A stretch of DNA of 64,000 bases from Bacteroidales bacterium (GTDB taxonomy: Bacteria > Bacteroidota > Bacteroidia > Bacteroidales > M50B96): assembly GCA_018401015.1 (NCBI GenBank), contig JAGYLP010000004.1, positions 19,307 to 83,306 of the forward strand, given 5' to 3'. Below are positions 57,259 through 64,000 of the stretch, piece by piece (position 1 is the first letter of the stretch; each line of letters opens with the position of its first letter). Position numbers and translations under genes: made by a program. The notes under the pieces are model-generated. The model was not told the DNA's origin and did no database searches. It saw nothing but the letters and a program-made list of their open reading frames with translations.

Positions 57259-57537
57259 TATCCTGGAACATAGCGATGCCTAAACCAGCCTAAGCCAGTA
57301 TTTTTAGGAAATGATTTAGGTGCTTCAAGTATATAAAAAAATTCAGTAGAGCCAGTCATTTTTTCTAAAAAGGATGCGCTAAAAGGGCAGTTAATTTATA
57401 CTTGACCGTATTCGGACTATTTCCTTCCCTGCCTAAGCAACTAATCCGCGGAGCAGAACTCTTCTGAACACGGGCCTTTAGCAAGATTTTGCTTGGTTGC
57501 TTGAAGCTTTCAAAATTGAAGCAGCTCCCTAACAGCT

Positions 57538-57571
57538 TTTGTAAATTGATTGAAAGTAATTTTTATATTTG
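57538..57571 (+). promoter_or_regulatory. Promoter-like TTTG ... TATATTTG pair inside the 845-bp gap
   Basis: TTTG at 57538-57541 and an exact TAnnTTTG at 57564-57571, with a 22-nt spacer. It lies about 375 nt upstream of the next start codon. Confidence 0.35.
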
Positions 57572-57917
57572 CTGCGAGCTGAACGGGAATCAATTTCTCA
57601 TGAGGCTCAAAACTTAATTACTACATATAGCGTAGCTTAAGTTTCTGAAGTTGAAAATCGCCTTTTTCACTCTTTGCAAACAGAAACAAATAGCCCGCTC
57701 ACGACTTTGGCGTGGGTTTGGACCTGTTTGTTTGCAAGGCGTGGCGATGCCTCAACTTCTCATGGGTTCACCCACGCTTTCTCGTTTGAACCCACCTCAA
57801 ATCGCTATTACCCTCGTATCATACTCTATCCCCATTTTCAGAAGTACCTATAGGCTTAGGAAATGGTAGTGTGATGGCAATTCGAACAATGGACAAAAAC
57901 GGAATGTATAAATAAGC

Positions 57918-57925
57918 TACCTTTG
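57918..57925 (+). promoter_or_regulatory. Bacteroidota -7 box (TACCTTTG)
   Basis: An exact TAnnTTTG, 20 nt upstream of ATG 57945. Confidence 0.45.
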
Positions 57926-57944
57926 CGAACGTTAAAAAAACAGG

Positions 57945-58832
57945 ATGGAAAATTCAACGGCTTCCTTTTACGAATTAATTGATTGCGGTGGTTTTGAAAA
58001 ATTAGAACGATTTGGTCCGTATTACTTGATTCGTCCTGAATCGCAAGCCATCTGGAAAAAGAAATTAACCGACCAGGAGTGGTCCAAATTAGCCCACGCA
58101 CATTATAGAAGGGAATCGCAAAAAAACTCCTATCGCAGTGCCGATCCTGGCAACGGAGGTTGGACCCTCTTGCGAAAAATGCCCGAAAAATGGAACATTG
58201 ACATCAATCTTCCGAAAGGGAAGATGCAAATGAAACTTGCTTTAACTTCGTTTGGACATGTAGGCATTTTCCCCGAGCAATACGATAACTGGAAGTATAT
58301 TCAACAACAAATAAGTACACACGAAGAACGGACACCACAGGTACTCAATGCATTTGCCTACACCGGCGGAGCTTCGTTGGCAGCAAGCCTTGCCGGAGCA
58401 CAGGTTACCCACGTCGATGCCGTAAAACAAATTGTGGGTTGGGGAAAAGATAATAGCCAATTAAGCAAACTCACCAACATTCGCTGGCTGGTCGATGATG
58501 CCCTCAAATTCCTAAGGAGAGAAGAAAAAAGAGGAAACAAATACCACGGAATTATTCTCGATCCGCCAGCCTATGGTCGCGGTCCTTCAGGCGAACGTTG
58601 GATTCTCGACGAAGGGATAAACGATGTGCTGGATGCTTGCACGAAAATTCTTCACAAAAAAAACAGCTTCTTCGTACTGAATCTCTATTCTTTGGGCTAC
58701 TCCCCTATCATTGCCAGTAATTTAGTCGATTCCTACTTCAAAACCGCACACAAAGAATTTGGCGAATCCTTCCTTCGTGCAAAAAGTGGCATAGACCTCC
58801 CCTTGGGCGTGTACGTTCGTTTTAATACTTAG
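57945..58832 (+). CDS. Class I SAM-dependent methyltransferase (RlmI/RlmK-like catalytic domain only)
   Basis: LNAFAYTGGASLAASLAG and GIILDPPAYGRGP; 295 aa. Confidence 0.8.
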   Translation: MENSTASFYELIDCGGFEKLERFGPYYLIRPESQAIWKKKLTDQEWSKLAHAHYRRESQKNSYRSADPGNGGWTLLRKMPEKWNIDINLPKGKMQMKLALTSFGHVGIFPEQYDNWKYIQQQISTHEERTPQVLNAFAYTGGASLAASLAGAQVTHVDAVKQIVGWGKDNSQLSKLTNIRWLVDDALKFLRREEKRGNKYHGIILDPPAYGRGPSGERWILDEGINDVLDACTKILHKKNSFFVLNLYSLGYSPIIASNLVDSYFKTAHKEFGESFLRAKSGIDLPLGVYVRFNT

Positions 58833-58847
58833 AAGAAATAAAACAAA

Positions 58848-58865
58848 GAGTCCCTTGCGGGACTC
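58848..58865. terminator. Perfect 7-bp hairpin GAGTCCC-ttgc-GGGACTC after the methyltransferase gene
   Basis: It lies 16 nt past the stop. There is no T-run on the plus strand, but the minus strand is T-rich. Its sequence is related to the hairpin at 57237-57258. Confidence 0.4.
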
Positions 58866-59001
58866 ATGTGGTGTGGCGATACCTCAACTAAAATAGGCAC
58901 TACCAAGTACTTAACACAGCATTTAATGAATGCCACATCAAAGATGCTTAAAAATTCAATACCAAAACATACCCTTTGAGCTAGAAAAAACGGTGTAAAC
59001 G

Positions 59002-59036
59002 AAAAAAGCCAATCCTGCGAAGATTGGCCTTTTTAT
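59002..59036. terminator. Bidirectional rho-independent terminator downstream of yajC
   Basis: A-run, GCCAATC-ctgcgaa-GATTGGC, then T-rich. It lies 22 nt from the yajC stop (59058). Confidence 0.6.
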
Positions 59037-59057
59037 TTTACTTATAGCTAAGAGATA

Positions 59058-59378
59058 CTAACGTTGTTGAGCTAAATCGCTTGCGTCTTTAATAACCGCA
59101 TTTTTATCAATCTTAATCTTGACATTGTCTCCTATGTCTACAACCAAATACTGCTCTTTAATCTCGGCAACTTTACCGTAGATTCCTCCGGTAGTTACAA
59201 TTTTATCGCCTTTAGCTAATTCATTGCGAAACTTGGCCAGCTCTTTTTGCTTTTTTACCTGCGGACGAATCATGAAGAAGTAGAATACAACGATCATCAA
59301 TCCGAAAAAAATGAGCATCGAAACAGGACTTTGTTCCCCCTCGGAACTCATCATTAATAATGTGTGTGAAAAATTCAT
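59058..59378 (-). CDS. yajC: Preprotein translocase subunit YajC
   Basis: FYFFMIRPQVKKQKE ... GDKIVTTGGIYGKVAEI. Confidence 0.88.
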   Translation of the reverse strand: MNFSHTLLMMSSEGEQSPVSMLIFFGLMIVVFYFFMIRPQVKKQKELAKFRNELAKGDKIVTTGGIYGKVAEIKEQYLVVDIGDNVKIKIDKNAVIKDASDLAQQR

Positions 59379-59392
59379 AGTGAAGTATTTAT

Positions 59393-59872
59393 TTATTTTG
59401 GAACTACAACATTTGCTTTTATTCTCAGCTCAATTCGATTAGGCTCAGTGTTTGCCAAAATCGTAATAACCTTATCTTGAACACCTTGCCTTCCTTCGGA
59501 ATTAAACATCACTTCTATGCTCCCTTCTTCGCCAAAAGCCAGGGGTTCTTTACTGAAATCGGCAACCGTGCACCCACAAGTACTCGATACCGAACTAATG
59601 ACCAAAGTGCCTTTTCCTACGTTCTTATATTTAAAGGTGTGGATTACCTGCTCTCCTTCTAAAATCATCCCTAAATCTTTTTCTGTCTCTTTGAACTCGA
59701 ACTGAGGCATCTCGCCAACAGGAGCTTTATCGTTCAAGGATTTTGAATTTTGAATAATCTCGGTGGTAATGGGCTTCGAATCGCCCGATGTACTGCAAGA
59801 GGTTAAAAAAGAAGCGACCACAACCAACACAACCAGCGTACTCCAAACCTTTCCAATTATCTTCATGTTCAT
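59393..59872 (-). CDS. DUF1573 domain protein
   Basis: Signal/lipoprotein-like N-terminus; FEFKETEKDLGMILEGEQVIHTFKYKNVGKGTLVISSVSSTCGCT. Confidence 0.75.
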   Translation of the reverse strand: MNMKIIGKVWSTLVVLVVVASFLTSCSTSGDSKPITTEIIQNSKSLNDKAPVGEMPQFEFKETEKDLGMILEGEQVIHTFKYKNVGKGTLVISSVSSTCGCTVADFSKEPLAFGEEGSIEVMFNSEGRQGVQDKVITILANTEPNRIELRIKANVVVPK

Positions 59873-59895
59873 CTTCGTTTATCCATTTTGCGAGG

Positions 59896-59903
59896 CAAAA
59901 GTA
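59896..59903 (-). promoter_or_regulatory. Bacteroidota -7 box (TACTTTTG on the minus strand)
   Basis: CAAAAGTA on the plus strand, 24 nt upstream of ATG 59872. Confidence 0.4.
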
Positions 59904-59940
59904 AGAAAGTTTTTGAATGCTTTCAGACCTCATTCGCGAC

Positions 59941-60813
59941 TTAGTAAGGCATAAAAAGAGCTAAATCACTTTGGGCTTCATACACCTTGGTAACAGGACC
60001 AATCAACTCGATGTTTGTAAAAGGAACAGAAGAACTTGGATCCACTTCAAAGGCAACCCATAAGCAACCTCCTTTAGTTTGCACCGAAATGAATTGCTTG
60101 CCGGTTCGCTTCTCCTCCATCGCCCAGGCAAGAGCGGCCGCAGTTACTCCCGTTCCGCAGGAAAGGGTTTCGCCCTCAACCCCACGTTCAAAAGTACGAA
60201 CGCGGATTCCTCTGGGAACGGCGCTCAGAAAATTCACATTGGTGCCGTCTGCTCCAAAGTCCTCATGATGACGATAATACAAGGAATCTCGCAGGAATTG
60301 CGCTTCATCAAGCGGTGATTCAAACCGAACAAAATGAGGAGAACCGGTATTCAAGAATTGACCGCCCAGCATCGACTCTACCGGTGCCACATCGGGCATA
60401 CTTACCTGCACCATCCGATTCGAGTGATCGTAAGCAAAATCTGCAGGACCTTTCCCGAATGATTCAAACCATGCTGCCCTTTCTTCAACAGTAAAGACTT
60501 TGCCTTCGTGTATGCCATCGACCGCACGGAACCGAAATGAGTTACCCAATCCTAAATCGCTCGCAAAAGCGAGGATGCAACGAGCTCCGTTTCCACACAA
60601 AGTAGCTTCGCCCCCATCGGAATTAAAGTAACGCATGGTAAAATCGACCTCGGACGATCCTTCCAACAAAATAAGTCCATCGGCTCCAATTCCAGTACGC
60701 CGAGCACACAGTCGTTTGGCCAAATCCGGCGTCAAGTTGAATGGATTAGTCCGATGATCGATTAAAATGAAATCGTTGCCGGCACCATGATACTTAGAAA
60801 ACAAAAACTTCAT
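59941..60813 (-). CDS. dapF: Diaminopimelate epimerase
   Basis: KYHGAGNDFILID. Catalytic Cys motifs LCGNGARC and LSCGTG. Confidence 0.93.
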   Translation of the reverse strand: MKFLFSKYHGAGNDFILIDHRTNPFNLTPDLAKRLCARRTGIGADGLILLEGSSEVDFTMRYFNSDGGEATLCGNGARCILAFASDLGLGNSFRFRAVDGIHEGKVFTVEERAAWFESFGKGPADFAYDHSNRMVQVSMPDVAPVESMLGGQFLNTGSPHFVRFESPLDEAQFLRDSLYYRHHEDFGADGTNVNFLSAVPRGIRVRTFERGVEGETLSCGTGVTAAALAWAMEEKRTGKQFISVQTKGGCLWVAFEVDPSSSVPFTNIELIGPVTKVYEAQSDLALFMPY

Positions 60814-60860
60814 GATTCATCAGGGTTTATTTAAAACAGTAGGCGGGAAACAAGGTGCTT

Positions 60861-61679
60861 TTACATCACCAGAAAAACCCGTATTAGAGTCAGGGAAAGG
60901 ATTAGGAGAATCAAAGGAAACCACAAAATCCGTTCGTGTGTTTGCGTTTCAATAACAACAGCTTCCGGTATGAATCGGGAACGAACAAAGGCCGGAGCAA
61001 ACATTACAATCGGGAAAATAAGCAAGTAAATAAGGTACCGTTGAACTCCGGGAATAAAAACCAAAGCAATGATAATTCCTCCAAACAACCAGGCTTTGAG
61101 CAATGCATTCAGCAACCATTCCTGACGGTTAAACGAATCGTTCGGACGATGAAAAATGGAGGCTTCGTAAATGCTCATAATCTTCGACTGCCCAAGATAG
61201 AACATCGCAACTAAACCTCCGACACCTATAAAATACATCATAATTTGAGGTACGCGTAACCACGCAAAAGCATACCAAAGAACCTCCTGCGATAAGGCTC
61301 CTGCCATGAGAGCTCCAAAGGAAAAATTCACTCCATGAAAAAACACATAGAGATAGAACATACGGGACCAACCCTGATCAAAGCGATTAACTGTGTTTAA
61401 TCGGCTAAAAAAACCAGCCAGAATAATCGCAATAAAAGGCCCGGCAAAGAACATGGCTACAATGGCATCGATTGTCCAAATCTGATAATCGTATTCCGTT
61501 AGAAAGACCACTCGATTGTACAAAATGCGAGCTTCTATTCCCAAAGAGGTCGATAAAAACCAGGTAATGCTTAAAACCACCATGTGAACCATCATGAACG
61601 ACAGCACATAAAGTACGGTGGCATTTAAGATACTTATTCGACGCGCGCGTCGGGACAACACCGGGGTTTCATCGGACAT
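60861..61679 (-). CDS. Polytopic membrane protein, hypothetical
   Basis: ATG 61679 (MSDETPVLSRRARR...) is supported by a -7 box 16 nt upstream. About 7 hydrophobic helices. No family was recognised. Confidence 0.45.
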   Translation of the reverse strand: MSDETPVLSRRARRISILNATVLYVLSFMMVHMVVLSITWFLSTSLGIEARILYNRVVFLTEYDYQIWTIDAIVAMFFAGPFIAIILAGFFSRLNTVNRFDQGWSRMFYLYVFFHGVNFSFGALMAGALSQEVLWYAFAWLRVPQIMMYFIGVGGLVAMFYLGQSKIMSIYEASIFHRPNDSFNRQEWLLNALLKAWLFGGIIIALVFIPGVQRYLIYLLIFPIVMFAPAFVRSRFIPEAVVIETQTHERILWFPLILLILSLTLIRVFLVM

Positions 61680-61694
61680 AAATAAAATTTTGCC

Positions 61695-61702
61695 CAAAAA
61701 TA
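61695..61702 (-). promoter_or_regulatory. Bacteroidota -7 box (TATTTTTG on the minus strand)
   Basis: CAAAAATA on the plus strand, 16 nt upstream of ATG 61679 and inside the longer track ORF. Confidence 0.4.
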
Positions 61703-61971
61703 AACTTTTAAAGCTAAACTGACCGCAGCTGCCTCGTTGAAATAGGAAAAGATGGAAGCTAATAATCCGATTACGTTTCAATCGTATTTTACCCGCTTAA
61801 CCAATAAAAACCGGCCTCGGAAAGTTAGCCATCAAAACACACCACCTCCTCATTAAACTCCCCTGTACTCCTGATTTAAACTCAGAAAAAATAGCAGACA
61901 TATTTGTCTGAAATAAAAACAATCCACACCTTTACATGTTTTAAAACAGTTTACATCATCAATACAATTTT

Positions 61972-62376
61972 ATGAAAAGCAAATTGATTCTGGCCATTCT
62001 CGCTTTGGCTCTGTTAGGTGGCGGCTACGGCTATTACCTGTTCAACAAGAAAACTCCCGGACTGGAAAATGCGAAAGCCGACTTCATGGTAAATGCGAAT
62101 GAGCTATTCGACGCATTCGACAGCAACGAGCAAGAAGCCCAATCAACCTATGGTTCCAAGGTAGTAGAAGTGACGGGAGAAGTTCTGGAAGTGAAACAAT
62201 CCGATACCCAAACAACCATCATCCTGAAAGCCGAAAATGCGCTCATTGGAGGTATCAATTGCTCCTTCAGCAAAATAATTGAAGCCCCCGGTGTAGGAGA
62301 AGAAATTACGATACGCGGATTGTGCCAAGGTTTCCTCATGGATGTTATCCTGAATAATTGTACCATCGTAAAATAA
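61972..62376 (+). CDS. Membrane-anchored OB-fold protein (tRNA_anti-like family, tentative)
   Basis: 134 aa with an N-terminal TM helix. NELFDAFDSNEQEAQSTYGSKVVEVTGEV fits my memory of the tRNA_anti-like family. Confidence 0.45.
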   Translation: MKSKLILAILALALLGGGYGYYLFNKKTPGLENAKADFMVNANELFDAFDSNEQEAQSTYGSKVVEVTGEVLEVKQSDTQTTIILKAENALIGGINCSFSKIIEAPGVGEEITIRGLCQGFLMDVILNNCTIVK

Positions 62377-62390
62377 CCACCTGCTGCCAC

Positions 62391-62765
62391 ATGTTCTCAT
62401 TTTCAAAAAAATCCCTCCCTGCCGGACTGTTCCTGTTACTCTTCTTAACTTTTTTCAATAGTTGCTATTACGACAAAGAAGATTTATTGTATGGAACCAG
62501 CAACTGCGATACTAGCAATGTCAGTTTTAACGACCATATCCTTCCGCTGGTTAAATCGAGCTGTGCTACGGCTGAGTGTCATGCTCCCGGAGGAAGTGGA
62601 AATGGTTTGTTCGAAAACTATGACCAAATCAGAGTAAAGGTGGATAATAACTCCTTCTACCAGCGAGTAGTGGTCGATCGCGACATGCCTCCCGGAGGTG
62701 GATTGAACGACTGCCAGGTCCAGCTCATTGAGCAATGGATCAATTTGGGTGCACCAAATAATTAA
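62391..62765 (+). CDS. Small lipoprotein with a cytochrome-c-like C-x4-CH motif
   Basis: ATG 62391 gives MFSFSKKSLPAGLFLLLFLTFFNSC (lipobox-like). ILPLVKSSCATAECHAPGGSGNGL resembles PSCyt1-type haem-binding segments but carries CX4CH instead of CXXCH. Confidence 0.4.
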   Translation: MFSFSKKSLPAGLFLLLFLTFFNSCYYDKEDLLYGTSNCDTSNVSFNDHILPLVKSSCATAECHAPGGSGNGLFENYDQIRVKVDNNSFYQRVVVDRDMPPGGGLNDCQVQLIEQWINLGAPNN

Positions 62766-62854
62766 TGTGTCCTTTCATTTGCTCGCGCTACGAGTAAAGA
62801 CATCCTTCCTGTTACCATCAAGCTGAATATTCACAAACACATAAATCAACATCT

Positions 62855-63424
62855 ATGAAAATCTCCAAACTAGCCACGCTCATGGTGGTCTTTTTGCTTA
62901 CCTTAAACTCCTTTACCGCACTCAGTCAAAAATTCCTGACCCAATCGGGAGTGATTCAGTTCTATTCGGAAGCTCCGCTCGAAAACATCGAAGCTATTAA
63001 CAATCAGGTTATGAGTGTTATTGATATGGAATCGGGCGATATGGCCTTTTCCTTACTCATGACAGCTTTTGTTTTTGAAAAGGCGCTCATGCAAGAGCAC
63101 TTCAACGAAAAATATGTCGAAAGTGATAAATTCCCTAAGGCTAGTTTTAAAGGCAAAATCACAGAGTTCGATGCCGCTGCGCTGTCTGCAAATCCGCAGG
63201 AAGTTGCGGTTTCCGGAATCCTTACTATTCATGGTGAATCGAAAGAGATTAACACTACCGGAACATTGACCCGCCAATCGGAAACAAAACTATTTGGGGA
63301 AGCCACCTTCGATATTTTGCTGGCCGACTTTAAAATTAAGATCCCATCGGCAGTGAAGGACAACATCAACGAAAAGATTGAAGTACGAGTTAAAATGAAT
63401 TATGAAATACTCCAGAGAGAATAA
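62855..63424 (+). CDS. YceI-like periplasmic protein
   Basis: 189 aa with a signal peptide. The YceI-like pattern reads SGVIQFYSEAPLENIEA...ASFKGKI...GILTIHGESKEI. Confidence 0.75.
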   Translation: MKISKLATLMVVFLLTLNSFTALSQKFLTQSGVIQFYSEAPLENIEAINNQVMSVIDMESGDMAFSLLMTAFVFEKALMQEHFNEKYVESDKFPKASFKGKITEFDAAALSANPQEVAVSGILTIHGESKEINTTGTLTRQSETKLFGEATFDILLADFKIKIPSAVKDNINEKIEVRVKMNYEILQRE

Positions 63425-63493
63425 AATGGCACCAACCGCGATGAATATAGTAAGAGTATTCCATCTGACCTTTAAAAATCAAATTCTATACAG

Positions 63494-64000
63494 ATGAAAA
63501 AATGGATTAGCCTATCGGTAATTATTCTAGCCGGAATTTTACCCTTTTCATTGCAAGCTCAGGATGATTTAATGGCGCTTCTGGAAGCGAAAGAAGAACC
63601 GATAGAACAATTCACCATAGCCACTTTTAAAACAACTCGGGTTGTAAGTGGACACAGTATTGAAACCAACGGGGAAGGAGTACTACAATTCTTAATCGGG
63701 CATCGATTTGGTCGACTCAATTCAGGTTGGCGCGATCTTTTTGGAATCGATCATGCTACCATTCGATTAGGATTTGAATACGGGATTACCGACAATTTGA
63801 ACATCGGCATCGGAAGGTCGTCGTACCAGAAAATGTTCGACGGAACGATTAAGTATCGATTGCTACGGCAACAAAGCGGTGTTCGTACCATCCCTGTCAC
63901 CGCCACCTGGGTCAGCAGTATCTATGCTACCAGTCAGGAATGGCCGAATCCGGAAAGAACGAACTACTTTTCCAGCCGGCTATCCTACCACCACTCTCTG
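63494..64000 (+). CDS. DUF5777-like outer-membrane beta-barrel protein (3' end beyond the window)
   Basis: Not in the ORF track because it is truncated by the window edge. ATG 63494 gives MKKWISLSVIILAGILPFSLQAQ...TTRVVSGHSIETNGEGVLQFLIGHRFG, and the frame stays open to position 64000. Confidence 0.55.
   Translation, partial: MKKWISLSVIILAGILPFSLQAQDDLMALLEAKEEPIEQFTIATFKTTRVVSGHSIETNGEGVLQFLIGHRFGRLNSGWRDLFGIDHATIRLGFEYGITDNLNIGIGRSSYQKMFDGTIKYRLLRQQSGVRTIPVTATWVSSIYATSQEWPNPERTNYFSSRLSYHHSL

Noticed and set aside
57101-57944. The long gap as a known housekeeping RNA (RNase P RNA, tmRNA, SRP/4.5S RNA or 6S RNA)
   Set aside because: It has no GAGGAAAGTCC (RNase P), no tRNA-like ...TTCGAATCC...CCA end (tmRNA) and no GGTCCGGAAGGAAGCAGC (SRP). 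6S RNA cannot be excluded by eye, so the region is kept only as an unassigned candidate.
1-64000. A search for CRISPR arrays, tRNA/rRNA genes, transposases/integrases, toxin-antitoxin pairs, restriction-modification systems or other defence islands
   Set aside because: I saw no regularly spaced direct repeats, no cloverleaf-like or rRNA-like sequences in the intergenic gaps, and no ORF with recombinase, nuclease-NTPase or methylase-endonuclease pairing typical of defence systems. This was a by-eye screen only. tRNAscan-SE, Infernal and a defence-system HMM scan would be needed to confirm it.

Overview
This is a dense 64-kb chromosomal window that looks like a Bacteroidota genome, probably an anaerobe. 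The assignment rests on T9SS C-terminal sorting domains, TAnnTTTG -7 promoter boxes 16-25 nt upstream of several starts, and typical Bacteroidota DUF families. I count about 58 protein genes, mostly housekeeping: ispF, rbfA, purC, phoH, plsC, tsaD, recQ, uvrB, mazG, pepF, coaE, yajC, dapF. Reading by eye, I found no rRNA, tRNA, CRISPR array, transposase/integrase, prophage or recognisable defence genes.

The most notable region is a seven-gene minus-strand module at 11.0-19.4 kb. It encodes a trimeric HydABC-type [FeFe]-hydrogenase. Next to it is a soluble histidine kinase whose sensor is itself a complete hydrogenase-like H-domain, making it a putative H2 sensor. The module also has a second (hybrid) kinase and three receiver domains, but no recognisable output domain.

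Other points of interest:
- A DUF364 protein paired with a membrane-domain/NTPase fusion.
- An AmgK-like kinase fused to a RapZ C-terminal domain.
- A recQ / DUF5063 / WRN-type exonuclease operon.
- A nuclease-less ExeM/NucH-like T9SS protein with an internal 181-aa duplication.
- A frameshifted uvrB.
- A pseudouridine synthase with a roughly 330-aa Arg/Ser/Asp/Phe-rich N-terminal extension.
- An 845-bp structured non-coding gap.

All family assignments come from motifs read by eye, and no database search was run. Several ORF-track starts (TTG/GTG, longest ORF) look over-extended and were trimmed. Coordinates of short motifs may be off by 1 nt.
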